Assembly: GCF_030123405.1 (NCBI RefSeq)
Contig: NZ_CP126110.1
Location: 4,905,125-4,937,124 of the forward strand
DNA length: 32,000 nt
Direction: 5' to 3'
Source: Neobacillus sp. WH10
Lineage (GTDB): Bacteria; Bacillota; Bacilli; Bacillales; Cytobacillaceae
Shown here piece after piece: positions 1-9,123 of this stretch. Below the pieces are notes generated by a model. The model was given only the letters and a program-made list of their open reading frames with translations, was not told the DNA's origin and searched no databases. Position 1 is the first letter of the stretch, and the number at the start of each line of letters is the position of its first letter. Position numbers and translations under genes: made by a program.

Positions 1-1106
1 CAAATTCGCGCTGCTTCACTATGCTCAAGGCTCACATGTCCACCGCGACAGGCATCCTCTCTTGGCGTTCCAATGAAAAAGCCCATATCTGCCAATTCAT
101 GATCAATTAAATTCATTAAATAGCGATTAATTATAAGCGATTTTTCGCGGATATTTTCAATGCCAGCCTCTGTAAAAATCTCTAATGAACCGATTAATGG
201 TGCAATGCTTAGGACATGAGGAGTTCCAATTTGGAACGCTCCAGCTGAATGAGCCGGTATTAATGTATGCTCCATATCAAATTGTTTCTCTTTATTTGAA
301 CTAAACCAGCCCGCAAGTCCAGGCATTTTTCCAAAATGTTTGCGATTTACAAATAAGCCGCCCACACCGCCAGGTCCGCCGTTTAAATGTTTATAATTGC
401 ACCAGAACGCAAAATCAACATCCCATTCACTGAAGGAATGCGGGATGGAACCAACGGAGTGACAGCCGTCAAATCCGATTAAAATACCTCGTTTATGTGC
501 TTCATCGGTTAATCGTTTCATGTCTAATATTTGACCGCTGCGATAAAGAACAGTCGGTAGAATAATTAAGGCAATATCATCGGTCATCGCTTCGATAATA
601 TCTTCCTCTTCTAAAAAGCGGCCATCACGGCTTTTCACACGGATGAGATGTGCATCCGGATCATAACCATGAATCCTTACTTGGCTTTGAAGCGCATAAA
701 TATCAGATGGAAATGTTAGTTCATCCGCTAAAATTTTTGTACGGGTTCCTTCTGGCTGATAAAACGTTGATACAAGCTGATGCAGATTGACGGTGGTAGA
801 ACCCGTTACAACGACTTCTTCAGCAGCAGCCCCTACTAACGGCGCAAGCTTTTCGCCCAGTTTCTCTGCCATATAGAACCATGGATGAGTGCCCATAGTC
901 CAGCCATCAATCCCATATTGTTTCCAATCATCTAAGGTTTCTAAGAGAGTCCTTTCCGCTCTTTTAGAAAGGAGTCCTAATGAGTTCCCATCCATATAAA
1001 TAGAACCAGGCTTTAAATAAAACTCTTCTCGAAAACGCGAAAGAGTATCTTCTTTATCTAATTGTTTTGCGAAATCTAATGTTGGTAAGAAATTCGATAC
1101 CATCAT
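1..1106 (-). CDS. kynU: Kynureninase, partial (C-terminus beyond window start)
   Basis: Reverse-strand translation from ATG at 1106/1103 with upstream GGGAGG: [69 protein letters not shown]...; PLP-dependent site region [14 protein letters not shown]. Missing from ORF track because it is open at the window edge. Confidence 0.85.
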   Translation of the reverse strand, partial: MMVSNFLPTLDFAKQLDKEDTLSRFREEFYLKPGSIYMDGNSLGLLSKRAERTLLETLDDWKQYGIDGWTMGTHPWFYMAEKLGEKLAPLVGAAAEEVVVTGSTTVNLHQLVSTFYQPEGTRTKILADELTFPSDIYALQSQVRIHGYDPDAHLIRVKSRDGRFLEEEDIIEAMTDDIALIILPTVLYRSGQILDMKRLTDEAHKRGILIGFDGCHSVGSIPHSFSEWDVDFAFWCNYKHLNGGPGGVGGLFVNRKHFGKMPGLAGWFSSNKEKQFDMEHTLIPAHSAGAFQIGTPHVLSIAPLIGSLEIFTEAGIENIREKSLIINRYLMNLIDHELADMGFFIGTPREDACRGGHVSLEHSEAARI

Positions 1107-1275
1107 AATCCTCCCTATCCCCAACTGAAATCGTTTGCAAAAAAGCATAACAAACAATATGACATGATGTCAATATTATATTTCCAACAATTCCAATTAT
1201 TAAAATAACTCATTTCAGCAATAGCTTTTATTTTGATAACAATCCATATATGCTAGAGGTATTGGAGGAATAGGT

Positions 1276-1887
1276 ATGAAAAAAACAGAGGATAAACGAC
1301 ATTTACGCTCAATCATAACGCGGCAAAAATTATTAGAAGCTGCAAAGGAGGTTTTTCTTCAAGAAGGCTTCCAAAAAGCAACAATTTCGCAAATGATAAA
1401 AAAAGCGAACATTGGTTACGGAACTGCCTATGTCCATTTTGAAGGAAAGGAAGATCTCTTAATCATATTGATGGAGGATGTCATGGAGCGATTTTATGAA
1501 ATTGCCGAAATCTCCTTTCTGCCAAAATCAAAACAAGTAGCAGAGGAAATCATTCACAAGCAGGCGAATGCCTTTTTATTAATGGCAGAAGCTGAACGGG
1601 CTATGATGCAAGTCTTTGAACAGGCAATCGGTGTTTCTGCTTTAATTTCAGATAAATGGAAAGCGATTCGGGAGAAATTTATTCAGCGGATCTCAATGGA
1701 CATTGCTTATGCGCAACAAAATGGATTGGCGAGAGCAGAATTAAACCATGACCTTGTCGCACGAGGCTGGTTTTTTACAAATGAAATGTACCTATGGGAA
1801 ATTGTCCGAGACGAACATCATGCTTCTGTTGAAGAGATTGCAAAAACCATCACCACAGTCTATGTCACCGGGCTGTATATTATGTGA
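1276..1887 (+). CDS. TetR/AcrR family transcriptional regulator
   Basis: N-terminal HTH RQKLLEAAKEVFLQEGFQKATISQMIKKANIGYGTAYVHFEGKEDLL; GGAGG upstream. Confidence 0.9.
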   Translation: MKKTEDKRHLRSIITRQKLLEAAKEVFLQEGFQKATISQMIKKANIGYGTAYVHFEGKEDLLIILMEDVMERFYEIAEISFLPKSKQVAEEIIHKQANAFLLMAEAERAMMQVFEQAIGVSALISDKWKAIREKFIQRISMDIAYAQQNGLARAELNHDLVARGWFFTNEMYLWEIVRDEHHASVEEIAKTITTVYVTGLYIM

Positions 1888-1898
1888 GAAAGCAAGGG

Positions 1899-1925
1899 GA
1901 AGTAAGAGAGCCATCCCCTTGCTTC
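1899..1925 (-). repeat. 27-bp dispersed hairpin repeat, degenerate inverted copy
   Basis: Minus strand GAAGCAAGGGGATGGCTCTCTTACTTC, 4 transitions from the 18647 copy; extended by outer AAGCAAGGGG/CCCCTTGCTT arms. Confidence 0.6.
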
Positions 1926-2031
1926 GAAAAAATAAAGGTAAAATGCTAAAAGATAGTTTATACTTGTATAAATGGTGCATTTATCCAAAAATTCGCACTC
2001 TTTATCAATCTATTAGGAGGAACTGATTCTG

Positions 2032-2703
2032 ATGAAAATTCCTTGGCTTCCTGTGCTAATTTTGTTAACGGGCTTATTGTACATTTTCTTTATCCCTGAT
2101 AACCCGTACTCTGTTAAGATTTTCTTCAAGCTGATCCCAATGCTGTTAATTATTCGTTATGCATACTTGCAATTTTCCGCCAAAAAAACAATTACCCATT
2201 GGCTGATCCTCATTGGATTGTTTTTCTGTATGCTTGGCGATGGCCTGATTGGTTGGTTTGTTGTTGGTCTAAGTGCCTTTCTCATTGGCCATCTCTTTTA
2301 TCTGGCAGGTTTCTTGAGTAGATGGCACTTTTCAAAGGTCCGGCTGGTGATGATTTTACCAATTTCTACATATGCTTTTATGATTGGCAGGGAGATTATC
2401 GCTGCCTTACTTCGAGACGGTAACAATGTCCTGATTGTTCCGGTTTTGATCTATATGATCGCCATATCTTTAATGGCCTGGTCCGCTATCATGACGGGGA
2501 ACAAATGGGCTATAATCGGCAGCATTTTGTTTGTTTTGTCGGATTCGATATTATCCTGGAATATGTTTGTTTCCGATATCGCCTTTTCAGATCAGCTTAT
2601 CATGACAACCTATTACACCGCTCAATTTCTGATTGCACTCAGCCTTCGATCGTTTGCAATCGATAACAGCCAGACGATTGTTAAAACAAGTAGTCATTTA
2701 TAA
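2032..2703 (+). CDS. YhhN-like (lysoplasmalogenase family) membrane protein
   Basis: Multi-TM protein with YhhN-type motifs (KPIPMLL-like, FCMLGDGLI, FLIGHLFYLAGF). Confidence 0.65.
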   Translation: MKIPWLPVLILLTGLLYIFFIPDNPYSVKIFFKLIPMLLIIRYAYLQFSAKKTITHWLILIGLFFCMLGDGLIGWFVVGLSAFLIGHLFYLAGFLSRWHFSKVRLVMILPISTYAFMIGREIIAALLRDGNNVLIVPVLIYMIAISLMAWSAIMTGNKWAIIGSILFVLSDSILSWNMFVSDIAFSDQLIMTTYYTAQFLIALSLRSFAIDNSQTIVKTSSHL

Positions 2704-2716
2704 AGGAGTGATTAAA

Positions 2717-3196
2717 ATGAAAACCGTGTATGACTTTCAGGTAAAAATGTCAAATGGCGAGAAGAAATCATTACATGAATATGAGGGCAGGCCGTTAATT
2801 ATTGTCAATACTGCCAGTAAATGCGGGTTTACCCCCCAATTTAAAGGACTGCAGAACTTATATGATACATACAAGGATCAAGGGTTGGAAATACTAGGTT
2901 TTCCATGTTCTCAGTTCAACAACCAGGAATTTGAACAAATTGAAAAGACAACGGAGTTTTGCCAGATTAACTACGGAGTAACCTTCCCCATCTTTGCAAA
3001 AATTGACGTAAATGGTCCGTTCTCCGATCCTTTATTCAAATATTTAAAGGAACAAAAGACAGGACTTTTATCCCCTCGAATCAAATGGAATTTCACAAAA
3101 TTTCTTGTGGACCGTAACGGCCAAGTGATAAAACGCTATGCACCAACAGCAGATCCAAGCAGCATGGAAGATGATTTAAAAAAATTATTGTCTTAA
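2717..3196 (+). CDS. Glutathione peroxidase family protein
   Basis: NTASKCGFTPQFKGLQNLYDTYKDQGLEILGFPCSQFNNQE and WNFTKFLVDRNG motifs. Start reassigned from ORF-track 2633 to ATG 2717 with AAAGGAG upstream. Confidence 0.93.
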   Translation: MKTVYDFQVKMSNGEKKSLHEYEGRPLIIVNTASKCGFTPQFKGLQNLYDTYKDQGLEILGFPCSQFNNQEFEQIEKTTEFCQINYGVTFPIFAKIDVNGPFSDPLFKYLKEQKTGLLSPRIKWNFTKFLVDRNGQVIKRYAPTADPSSMEDDLKKLLS

Positions 3197-3207
3197 TCGT
3201 GAATGAA

Positions 3208-3250
3208 CGGACAAAAACCACATCCTCAAAAAATGTGGTTTTATCCGTTT
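3208..3250 (+). terminator. Intrinsic terminator hairpin
   Basis: aacggacaaaaaccacat...atgtggttttatccgtt inverted repeat just after the peroxidase gene. Confidence 0.6.
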
Positions 3251-3351
3251 AAAAAATATAGTTTTTTTCGTAAATTAAGGTCGTAAAACGATTGATTAAG
3301 ATACAAGAATTTAGTTCGTCTGTACATAAAAACATTTTTCCGATATACTAA

Positions 3352-3669
3352 TCACCCTGTGGATGAAATAGTATGTTTTATATGTTCATACGTTTTTTCG
3401 AATTCGACTGCTAAATCAATGTCCAATGCTGTTACTCCTTTTGCAGCCCATGTGCTGAGCGAAACAATAACAGCCTTATATTGGATGCTGATAAATGGAT
3501 GATGTTGGTTTGCTTCAGCAATTTGGCCGATTGCTGAAACAAACTGGATACCTTGCAGGTAATCTTTAAAAATATATTTCCTTTCAATCCATTTATCGTC
3601 TTTTACCTTCCAGTTTTGAAGTTTTGCACACTCCAATTGTATTTCTAAAGGGGTTAATGCTGTTAACAT
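3352..3669 (-). CDS. phhB: 4a-hydroxytetrahydrobiopterin dehydratase (pterin-4a-carbinolamine dehydratase)
   Basis: 105 aa with FKDYLQGIQFVSAIGQIAEANQHHPFISIQYKAVIVSLSTWAAKGVTALDIDLA; overlaps the 3' end of the hydroxylase gene. Confidence 0.9.
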   Translation of the reverse strand: MLTALTPLEIQLECAKLQNWKVKDDKWIERKYIFKDYLQGIQFVSAIGQIAEANQHHPFISIQYKAVIVSLSTWAAKGVTALDIDLAVEFEKTYEHIKHTISSTG

Positions 3670-5423
3670 TCTTGACCTTCCTTTTGAAGCGGAAGTAAAG
3701 CTAATCCATTATTGATTAGGCGTTGAAGCTCTTTTGTTTTGCTGAGGTTGAGCAATTCTTGATGCACTTGTTCTGTTTCCATCGTTTGCACACCATGTCC
3801 ACAGAACAACTCCAGAATTTCCATACGCAACAGCCATTCCTTTGGAAAAGAGCTTCTCAAATCTTGCAGAACTGTTTGGACAGTAACCATACTATTTTCA
3901 TCCAGTGACTCTTTTTCACGAACTTCTCTAATTGTTTGGTACAGATTTTCTAATTCTGTTAACCGTCTTGGTGCTATTGATTCTTTTTTAGGTATTTCTT
4001 CTACACCGAAGAAGGCTTCTGCATCTGCAGCTCCTGGAAAAGCAGAAGTAACGGCTGATCCTACCGCCATGTCGAATACTCCCCAAGTCTCCTCAAATAA
4101 CATTTGATCTCCTAATGTGACTATACAGTTTTCGAAGGAAATAAGATTTATTTTGTTCTTGTTTCGGATAATATTTGTAACAATTCCCGTTACTTGAATG
4201 CCGCTCTTGAATGTCAAAGTCGCTTTTCGTCCTTTTTCTATTCCTAAAGCCAGAAGTTGTTCCTTGTTACATTCTTCAAGAGAAATGTCCTCTTCTAATA
4301 AACCAATTGGCGTTCCAAAACCATCACAATGAATTGCTTTCGAATGTCCAGGAAGCTCCTTATCATTAATAGCCAAGGCTGTTGGTCCTGCTGTTTTCAC
4401 ATAAATGGCCTCGCCATCTGGATCTTTAAGCGTTTTTTCGATCGTTCCTGTAATTTGTATTCCCGAGTTCAATACAAATGTCGACGTACTGCCTGATTGG
4501 AGTGCCTTATCTAAGCTCTCAGTTCCACCTTTTCGAAAGGCCATTGATTGGGAAAACTCTTCGATAGCCTCTATCAATTGATCAAAGCTCTCGCAAACAA
4601 ATAATTGCGGCTGCATGGTCGTTACATCGTAGCTTGTCTGAATACAAGACTCTACCGAAAAAGGAAGTTTTACTACTTCTTTAGACAAGCAATGCTTGCT
4701 TTCTCCTACAGAAGATAACAGACCTGCACCATATATTTGAGGGTTTTCCAACGTACCTATTAGTCCGTACTCCACTGTCCACCAGAAAATTCGCGAGATT
4801 TGTTCTGCTTCTGACATACCTGTTACCGCTTTTTGCTTTTCGCTTAGTAACCGTTTTGCTTCTTCAATTTGTTGTGGAGTGGAATTGCGGGCCTCCATTA
4901 CGATTGAAAGATGTCTTACGGCTTCAAATACTTCATGTTCTGCTCTTGTTGCAAACGCCTTTACGCCAATTTCTCCAAATCGTTTTACATATGAAGCATA
5001 TTGAGAATCAAAAATGATCGGTGCATGTCCTGCGGCTTCGTGGATTATATCCGGTGCCGGTGTATATTCAATGTTTTCAACTTTTCGAATATCCACAGCA
5101 ATTGGCAAAATACCATGAGCTTGAAAATCAAAAAAAGCAACACCCGGAATTAAGCCATCTACAATTGCAGCTCCCCAGCCAATTTTTGCAAGACGTTCAT
5201 TCATATCTGATACATTTGGAATTGCCTCTATGTCAATCCCCGATGCCCGGAGACCTTCCACATACGCCGGATGAGCAGTATCCTTTAGGACATGATGATT
5301 TTGTCTCATAACATATCGCCATACCGCATGATCGATTGGTGTGTACTGTTCGTAATGCTGCTCTGAGACAAATTGTCTCAAATGAACTGGAATCTGTTTT
5401 ATAGGTTTCAATAATTGGTTCAT
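3663..5423 (-). CDS. phhA: Aromatic amino acid hydroxylase (phenylalanine 4-monooxygenase family, long form with C-terminal extension)
   Basis: 586 aa; iron-ligand region PDIIHEAAGHAPIIFDSQYASY, WWTVEYGLIG, IYGAGLLSSVGES. Confidence 0.92.
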   Translation of the reverse strand: MNQLLKPIKQIPVHLRQFVSEQHYEQYTPIDHAVWRYVMRQNHHVLKDTAHPAYVEGLRASGIDIEAIPNVSDMNERLAKIGWGAAIVDGLIPGVAFFDFQAHGILPIAVDIRKVENIEYTPAPDIIHEAAGHAPIIFDSQYASYVKRFGEIGVKAFATRAEHEVFEAVRHLSIVMEARNSTPQQIEEAKRLLSEKQKAVTGMSEAEQISRIFWWTVEYGLIGTLENPQIYGAGLLSSVGESKHCLSKEVVKLPFSVESCIQTSYDVTTMQPQLFVCESFDQLIEAIEEFSQSMAFRKGGTESLDKALQSGSTSTFVLNSGIQITGTIEKTLKDPDGEAIYVKTAGPTALAINDKELPGHSKAIHCDGFGTPIGLLEEDISLEECNKEQLLALGIEKGRKATLTFKSGIQVTGIVTNIIRNKNKINLISFENCIVTLGDQMLFEETWGVFDMAVGSAVTSAFPGAADAEAFFGVEEIPKKESIAPRRLTELENLYQTIREVREKESLDENSMVTVQTVLQDLRSSFPKEWLLRMEILELFCGHGVQTMETEQVHQELLNLSKTKELQRLINNGLALLPLQKEGQEC

Positions 5424-5512
5424 ACTAGATTCAATCCTTTCTTTTCAATTTTTTTGAATTCTCTTAACATGGTAATCGAATTCTACATTCCATCTTTGCT
5501 TTCCTCCTTTTC

Positions 5513-5604
5513 ATAAAGAAAACTTGTCGACTGGCGAGCCGTTAGGCGAAGACAGAGGCGTAGTTGCACTTATGCCTGATAGGAAAGTTAAACTTTCCTA
5601 CGGC
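5513..5604. repeat. ~93-bp dispersed structured repeat, copy 1
   Basis: ATAAAGAAAACTTGTCGACTGGCGAGCCGTTAGGCGAAGACAGAGGCGTAGTTGCACTTATGCCTGATAGGAAAGTTAAACTTTCCTACGGC; near-identical core at 11527-11620. Confidence 0.85.
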
Positions 5605-5612
5605 TAAAAAAA

Positions 5613-5875
5613 ACCCTACTGGAAAACCAGTAGGGACGAATAGACTTCGTGGTACCACCCTAGTTGCGAGCTTTCGCTCACCACTTCATTCTAATAACGA
5701 CTTTGCTGCCGTCTTTCCCTTCATAAAGAACTCCTGCCTTTACTACGAAAAAGAAACTCCAGGTGTGTAATTCATGCTTACGTTTGTACTGATTCACACC
5801 AACCATCAGCTCTCTGTAGACAAAATGCTAAGCACTACTGTATTCCCTTCCACGCTTGTATCCTATGAAATTTTT
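5613..5875 (-). promoter_or_regulatory. T-box leader A (gene-proximal), Tyr specifier UAC
   Basis: Minus strand: AGGGTGGTACCACG (5648-5661); terminator ccctactggaaaaccagtaggg (5614-5635) with T-run on the minus strand; AGTA...GAAT-TAC-AC specifier loop (TAC = 5767-5769); AGAGAGCTGATGG...GGTG motifs. Confidence 0.95.
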
Positions 5876-5889
5876 AAAAACCAAATAAA

Positions 5890-6155
5890 AAGGCCCTACT
5901 GGAAAACCAGTAGGGCCGAATAGACTTCGCGGTACCACCCTAGTTGTGAGCATACACTCACCACTTCATTCTAATAACGACTTTGCTGCCGTCTTTCCCT
6001 TCATAAAGAACTGCTGCCTTTACTACGAAAAAGAAACTCCGGGAGTGTAATTCATGCTTACGTTTGTACTAATTCGCACCAACCATCAGCTCTCTGTAGA
6101 CAAAATGCTAAGCACTACTGTATTCCCTTCCATGCTTGTATCCTATGAAATTTTT
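5890..6155 (-). promoter_or_regulatory. T-box leader B (middle), Tyr specifier UAC
   Basis: AGGGTGGTACCGCG (5928-5941), terminator 5892-5917, TAC specifier 6047-6049. Confidence 0.95.
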
Positions 6156-6165
6156 AAAAACAAAT

Positions 6166-6440
6166 AAAAAGTCCCTACTGGAAAAACCAGTAGGGACGAA
6201 TAGACTTCGCGGTACCACCCTAGTTGCGAGCATACGCTCACCACTTCATTCTGATAACGGCTTTGTTGCCGTCTTCCCCTTCATAAAGGCTGCTGCCTTT
6301 ACTACGAAAAAGAAACTCCGGGAGTGTAATTCATGCTTACGTTTGTACTGATTTGCACCAACCATCAGCTCTCTGTAGACAAAATGCTAAGCACTACTAA
6401 ATTCCGTTCAACGCTCTATAATATATAACATTTTTTTAGT
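6166..6440 (-). promoter_or_regulatory. T-box leader C (promoter-proximal), Tyr specifier UAC
   Basis: AGGGTGGTACCGCG (6208-6221), terminator 6171-6197, TAC specifier 6326-6328. Confidence 0.95.
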
Positions 6441-6447
6441 ATAACGA

Positions 6448-6477
6448 ATTATAAATGGAGATTAAATAAATTGTCAA
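6448..6477 (-). promoter_or_regulatory. Sigma-A promoter of the triple T-box/phhA operon
   Basis: TTGACA (6472-6477), 18-bp spacer, TATAAT (6448-6453) on the minus strand. Confidence 0.85.
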
Positions 6478-6542
6478 GGATTAAATATTAATAGATATAT
6501 AATCCTTCATAGGCTTTTGAATTTTATAATTCCCTTTGACAC

Positions 6543-6839
6543 CTAAATATGTTGTAATTTATCCGGGTTCCGTACAAAGTAAAGGTTGCCGATTGCATTT
6601 TTCTCTACATGTATATGCAATACGGTCTCTATCACGCCATCCTTCCGAACCACCAACCCAGTTTGGCCGTTTAGAGGTGTCAGCTCGATTTGAACGTTTT
6701 CTCCGAGATTGGATACCTGATTGAACAGCCCAAGCAGGAATCTAGCCACACGTTCAGGTGTTTGGATTGGATGAGTTGCAGCAGACGTTTTACCACCGCC
6801 GTCCGAAATCAGGACAACGTCTTCAACAATTAAAGCCAC
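6543..6839 (-). pseudogene. C-terminal remnant of an ECF41/SigJ-like sigma factor (SnoaL-like domain)
   Basis: EDVVLISDGGGKTSAATHPIQTPERVARFLLGL resembles the C-terminal extension of SigJ/ECF41 sigma factors; sigma2/sigma4 regions are absent and the upstream frame hits a stop. Confidence 0.6.
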
Positions 6840-6964
6840 TACCGAATTAATGGTATTTTGTTCGAGGGTCGCGCTATAAACCGCTGTACCTATTCCTCTC
6901 CTGCCAATTCGCTGCTAATTAACACCTCTTCGGAAATCCCCATTCTCTCTGGCACGGCTCATGT

Positions 6965-8209
6965 CTATGTTTGATCAGAGGAATGATCATTTCTAAACTG
7001 TCTTGGGGTTAAACCTGTGTATTTTTTAAAGATTTTTATAAAATAACTTTGATCGTTAAAATTTAGCCACGTGCTGATGTCTGAAATCGGATAATTTGTT
7101 ATAACTAACAGCTTTTTTGCTTCGTCTACTCGTTGCCGTTGTATATATTCACTTATTGGTATACCAACTTCTTTTTTAAAAAGGGATGATAAGTAATTGG
7201 GACTTAAACGACACATTTCTGCAAGGTGATCAAGTGTGATGTCTCCATAAAGATGGTTATAAATATAATGTTGACAAGCGGTTATCGCTGCAGAATATTT
7301 TCCTACATTTAATTGGTGTACACGATTGGTAAAATCACTAATGGCTTCTTCCGTTAATTTCAATATTGCTTTTAGGTTTCCTAAATCCTCGAGTTGTTGA
7401 ATATAAAAATCACTTAATGTAAAGGCCGTTTCCTCATTTAAGCCACCTTCAATGGCAGCTCTGCAAACAAGGGCAATTCCAGTTATCATTAAATTTTTTT
7501 CACTTCTTAAGCGGTTCCGTTTCGACAATAATCCTAATTCTGCTTCACCGACAATTGAGTAGTCGAAGATATCCTTTAATTTATCTATACGTCCATTTTT
7601 GACATAATCAAGCAAAACCCGTTCATATGAAAGATTGGAATGGAAAATGAAATCCCTTCTCCCTTTTGAAAGCTCAAGATCCAGATTCTCTGATTCAATT
7701 ATGACGAGGTCTAACGCTTTGTTATTTTGTATGACAAACGTTTTATCTAACGTTTTATGATAAATCAAATAATAAACCATTAAACTAATCGTTAGGAGTT
7801 GTTGACGATCAATAATGGGGATAGATTGATAGTATTCAATAAGATTCCTTTTATTGACGTTTCCTTTAAAAGCATCCATGATCTTAGTAATATTTTCATC
7901 AGATATTTCTGACTCAAGGGAAGGTCCTACAATAATGGTGCCTAAAAAGTGATTTGTTTTTTTTAGATTAACAAAGAAAAAGTTCAAATTTGAATTTGAA
8001 AAGAAGATAGGAAAATCATTTGGATCCTCTTCATAGGTATAAACACTTATCTGCTCCTTGAACAGGTGATAATATGGATTTCTCCGTAGGTCACTTCTTG
8101 AAAATTCGTATTCGAACTCACCAAATTGATTGACATAATAAACGGGTATTTGATGAACTTCAGAAATAAGCTGACAAATATATTGTAAATCTTCCTTGGA
8201 TATTTCCAT
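6965..8209 (-). CDS. AraC family transcriptional regulator
   Basis: C-terminal double HTH: LDHLAEMCRLSPNYLSSLFKKEVGIPISEYIQRQRVDEAKKLL...DQSYFIKIFKKYTGLTPRQFR. Confidence 0.93.
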   Translation of the reverse strand: MEISKEDLQYICQLISEVHQIPVYYVNQFGEFEYEFSRSDLRRNPYYHLFKEQISVYTYEEDPNDFPIFFSNSNLNFFFVNLKKTNHFLGTIIVGPSLESEISDENITKIMDAFKGNVNKRNLIEYYQSIPIIDRQQLLTISLMVYYLIYHKTLDKTFVIQNNKALDLVIIESENLDLELSKGRRDFIFHSNLSYERVLLDYVKNGRIDKLKDIFDYSIVGEAELGLLSKRNRLRSEKNLMITGIALVCRAAIEGGLNEETAFTLSDFYIQQLEDLGNLKAILKLTEEAISDFTNRVHQLNVGKYSAAITACQHYIYNHLYGDITLDHLAEMCRLSPNYLSSLFKKEVGIPISEYIQRQRVDEAKKLLVITNYPISDISTWLNFNDQSYFIKIFKKYTGLTPRQFRNDHSSDQT

Positions 8210-8364
8210 CTATTTTATATACTCCATTCATTTTTTGAAATCGATTACACTATTTATTATTGACAATAAAAAAATACTATTATCCGTATGATAATACAAT
8301 AAATAATTCTTTATCAGCAATAAAATAGTTGATGTAAGAAATCTAAAACAAAGGGGAAATGAAC

Positions 8365-9123
8365 ATGGAATTAACAAATAAAATTGCCGTAATAACTGGG
8401 GCAGGAAGTGGAATTGGTAGAGCAAGCAGCTTGAAACTTGCTAGTAACGGGGCAACAGTTGTATTAGTCGATTTCAATAAGGAAACAGGGGAAGAAACAT
8501 TAAAACTTGTGAAGGAGCAAGGCGGAGAAGGTATCTTCGTTCAGGCCGATGTCTCAAAAAGTGAAGATGTGCAAAACTATGTAAATAAAGCAGTTGAAAC
8601 ATATGGACGTATTGATATATTTTTCAATAATGCAGGTATTATCCAAAAGTTTGCACCTTTCACTACAGTAGAAGAATCCGAATTTGACCGGATTATGTCC
8701 ATCAATGTAAAAGGCGTATTCCTTGGATTAAAATATGTGTTAAAAGTGATGGACGAGCAAGGAAGCGGATCAATTATTAACACTGCTTCGACTGCAGGAA
8801 TTCGACCTGAACATAGTGTAGCTGTTTATTCAGCAAGCAAACATGCGGTTATAGGGTTAACCAAAGGTGCTGCATTAGAATATGCTAAAAAAGGAATCCG
8901 TATTAATGCGCTTTGCCCAGGCGGTGTTCAAACAGCTTTAACCGCTAGTGTTGCTGATCAGTTTGCAAAAGGCGGCTACATCCCAGAAGAGTTTTCAAAT
9001 ATGAGAATGGGTCGTTATGCTGATCCGAACGAACTTGCTGAAATGGTTGCTTTCTTAGCATCTGATAAAGCAAGCTATATGACCGGCTCAGTTGTCCTTG
9101 TAGATGGTGGTTTAACTTTATAA
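8365..9123 (+). CDS. SDR family NAD(P)-dependent oxidoreductase
   Basis: GAGSGIGRASS (TGxxxGxG), NNAG, YSASKHAVIGLTK (YxxxK), divergent from the AraC gene. ATG 8365 preferred over 8359 for spacing to AAGGGG. Confidence 0.93.
   Translation: MELTNKIAVITGAGSGIGRASSLKLASNGATVVLVDFNKETGEETLKLVKEQGGEGIFVQADVSKSEDVQNYVNKAVETYGRIDIFFNNAGIIQKFAPFTTVEESEFDRIMSINVKGVFLGLKYVLKVMDEQGSGSIINTASTAGIRPEHSVAVYSASKHAVIGLTKGAALEYAKKGIRINALCPGGVQTALTASVADQFAKGGYIPEEFSNMRMGRYADPNELAEMVAFLASDKASYMTGSVVLVDGGLTL

Noticed and set aside
2633-2716. Upstream extension of the glutathione peroxidase ORF (MHSAFDRLQS...)
   Set aside because: Overlaps the YhhN-like gene; ATG 2717 has a good SD and matches the usual family N-terminus.
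5513-5604. Lysine riboswitch, because GAAGACAGAGGCG resembles the L-box core
   Set aside because: Element is only ~93 bp, lacks the other L-box conserved segments, and recurs at 11527 without a lysine gene.
5564-5770. ORF MHLCLIGKLNFPTAKKNPTGKPVGTNRLRGTTLVASFRSPLHS...
   Set aside because: Antisense reading of T-box A; the KPVGTNRLRGTTLVAS string is translation of the reverse complement of the T-box antiterminator/terminator.
6136-6351. ORF MYPMKFLKTNKKSLLEKPVGTNRLRGTTLVAS...
   Set aside because: Same artefact, antisense of T-box C.
5513-6440. Possible CRISPR or tandem-gene array because of ~280-bp periodicity
   Set aside because: Period, T-box motif and per-unit terminators identify three T-box leaders, not repeat-spacer units.
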